Below are positions 47,922-49,699 of a stretch of 49,699 nt of DNA, in pieces (position 1 is the stretch's first letter; each line of letters begins with the position of its first letter). The DNA comes from a bacterium (lineage in GTDB: Bacteria > Actinomycetota > Acidimicrobiia > Spongiisociales > ZC4RG35), in NCBI GenBank assembly GCA_024639335.1, contig JAHEIN010000004.1:1-49699 (forward strand), given 5' to 3'. Below the pieces are notes generated by a model that did not search any database, had not been told where the DNA came from, and saw only the letters and a program-made list of their open reading frames with translations. The translations under genes were made by a program, and so were the position numbers.

Positions 47922-47961
47922 GCATTCGGTACGGTGTTTCGCGACCACCGGAAGGACCCAC

Positions 47962-48351
47962 ATGAACGAGGTGACCGAGCTTCGTGTCGCCATCACCGTT
48001 GCGGACTTCGAAGGGGCCGTCGCCTTCTATCGAGACTCGTTGGGGCTCGAACAGGTCGCGGACTGGAGTTCCGACGAGGGGCAGGTGATCTTGCTGTCCG
48101 CCGGTCGAGCGACGCTCGAACTCCTCGACGACGCCCAGGCGGCGCTCGTGGATCAGGTGGAAGCTGGGCGCCGGGTGGCGGGGACCGTCAGGCTGGCTCT
48201 CGAAGTCGACGACAGCGACGAGATGGCGGATCGACTCGTCGAAGCCGGAGCCCTGAGAGTTGCCGAGCCGACCACGACGCCGTGGGGCGACCGAAACGCC
48301 CGGGTCGAATCACCCGACGGCATGCAGCTCACCCTCTTCTCCAATCGGTAG
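47962..48351 (+). CDS. VOC/glyoxalase family protein
   Basis: AVAFYRDSLGL, TLEL, LALEVDD, TPWGDRNARVESPDG. Confidence 0.88.
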   Translation: MNEVTELRVAITVADFEGAVAFYRDSLGLEQVADWSSDEGQVILLSAGRATLELLDDAQAALVDQVEAGRRVAGTVRLALEVDDSDEMADRLVEAGALRVAEPTTTPWGDRNARVESPDGMQLTLFSNR

Positions 48352-48573
48352 GCGCGCACACTCCGATCCCATGGCCCGTGACGGGGTTCTGCTCGCTCGT
48401 CGCGACACGTCATAGGATGACCGAATGGCCTAGGCGAGCGCCTCGCCGATCGACTCCGGGACACTCTCAAGATTCCTGCCCATCGCGCAACGAGTCTTCG
48501 GCGGGTAGCAACGGAAGGGCTTTCTGGATGCGTCGCGACCGGGGGGCGCAACTCACGCTCGGAGCGCAGGGTG

Positions 48574-49656
48574 TCAGGTGGGTGGGTCGCTGTTGGATCT
48601 TGCGGGCGGAAGAAAGCGTCTTCGGCGGGTGGGGCTGTTGGGGTCGATTCGGAAGCCTCGTCCGTGGACGACGACATGGTGATGGAACCAACACAGAGAG
48701 GTGAGGTTCTGGTGGTGGTGATCGCCGTCGTCGGTGCGGTGTTGGATGTGATGGGGTTGGAGCCGGTAGCTCGAGCCGCAGCCGTCGGCGGTGCACATCC
48801 CGCCGTCCCGCCACACCACGTAGCGGCGGGTCGCCCGTGGGATCGCAGTTGAAGCATTGCCGACCCGGAGCGGCTCACCGTCTCCTGTGAGGGCCACCAC
48901 ATCGATCGTCGATTCACACAGCAGCCGATGCAGGGTTTCCGGGCCGATGCGGGGACCGGATGCGATCCATGCGTTCGGTCGAGCAGTGCCGGTGGCGTCG
49001 ACGAACACGGTGGTGTCGACCTGGCCTCCTCCGGCACCGTCGCCTCCGCGGTCGCACAGCACGAACAGCGCATCGGCTCGACGGGTCGCCCGGCTTTCGC
49101 GATGCGCAGACGGCGGCTCGGGGAGCTGGTCGGCGACCTCGTCGAGGGTGTCGGCCACGATCTTGCCCTCGAGTGCCGGCAGCTTGCCCCACAGACTCCA
49201 CGCCGACTCGTCCAGCGTGGGTTGGATCGCCAGGAACCGATCGTCGGAGGCGTCACACTCGTCGTCGTGCGAGATCGCGATACGGCGGGCGAGCTCGGTG
49301 CGGAGACCGATCATGTCGAGTTCGAGGTGCGGGTCGGTCACGCCGGAGGCGGCCAGTTCCGCGACCCGGTCGAACGACACGCCGTCCGCCAGGAGTCGGT
49401 CGAGGTCGGCCGAGTCGATCCGTGCCACCGTGGCGAGCTTCCTGGCCGAGGATCGAGTGACATCGAGGCGACCGATCATCCAATCCTCGAGGGTGCGCAT
49501 ACCATCGCAGAGTGGGATCTGTCGGCGGTCTACTTCACGCACGAGCCGGACTTGGACGGCCTTCAGTTGGGCCTCGGCGGTGCGCACCGACTCGACCAGC
49601 GAGTCGAGTTGATCGCTGGTGAGCTGTGCGATCTGATCGGCAGAAAGAGCTTCCAT
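48574..49656 (-). CDS. DUF222 / HNH endonuclease (13E12-repeat-like)
   Basis: RRADAL, RLLCES, RDGGMCTADGC, HHIQH...NLTSLCWFHH. Confidence 0.88.
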   Translation of the reverse strand: MEALSADQIAQLTSDQLDSLVESVRTAEAQLKAVQVRLVREVDRRQIPLCDGMRTLEDWMIGRLDVTRSSARKLATVARIDSADLDRLLADGVSFDRVAELAASGVTDPHLELDMIGLRTELARRIAISHDDECDASDDRFLAIQPTLDESAWSLWGKLPALEGKIVADTLDEVADQLPEPPSAHRESRATRRADALFVLCDRGGDGAGGGQVDTTVFVDATGTARPNAWIASGPRIGPETLHRLLCESTIDVVALTGDGEPLRVGNASTAIPRATRRYVVWRDGGMCTADGCGSSYRLQPHHIQHRTDDGDHHHQNLTSLCWFHHHVVVHGRGFRIDPNSPTRRRRFLPPARSNSDPPT

Positions 49657-49665
49657 CTGGGGTCC

Positions 49666-49687
49666 AACCTACCGAGGGGGTAGGACA
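49666..49687 (-). promoter_or_regulatory. RecA-NDp (PafBC-type)-like promoter
   Basis: Minus strand TGTC-12nt-TAGGTT, 9 nt before the DUF222 ATG. Confidence 0.45.
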
Positions 49688-49699
49688 GAAATCGCCCGT

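Overview
High-GC bacterial chromosomal segment. It is most likely actinobacterial, and the Acidimicrobiia class is my inference, based on mshA with a YbjN-like partner, an RsiG/AmfC homologue beside asparaginase II, pervasive TANNNT leaderless promoters and a DUF222-HNH gene. About 55 CDSs, mostly housekeeping or accessory: mshA, fluC, dusB, a MacAB-like ABC exporter with its two-component system, lutABC, alkA, a GalK-family kinase, an ECF sigma/anti-sigma pair, a NarL-type system and an NrdR-controlled class II RNR (nrdJ). The standout region is 1-5915. A b6-type (split, heme ci-Cys) cytochrome b operon containing a 2x[4Fe-4S] ferredoxin is divergently paired with a cbb3-like operon. Its CcoN-fold subunit has lost every heme/CuB histidine ligand and its CcoO-like cytochrome appears to swap the distal Met for His. 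Three proteins from the two operons share the same ungapped 32-aa N-terminal module (4 copies). Other notable items are a structured Ms1/6S-like ncRNA candidate (6234-6397), a MoaD/ubiquitin-like domain fused through its GG motif to a CdsA-like membrane domain, and a lipoprotein of the cholesterol-dependent-cytolysin-like family next to a two-component system. No rRNA, tRNA, CRISPR array or transposase was seen. All calls come from reading motifs by eye; no database searches were run.
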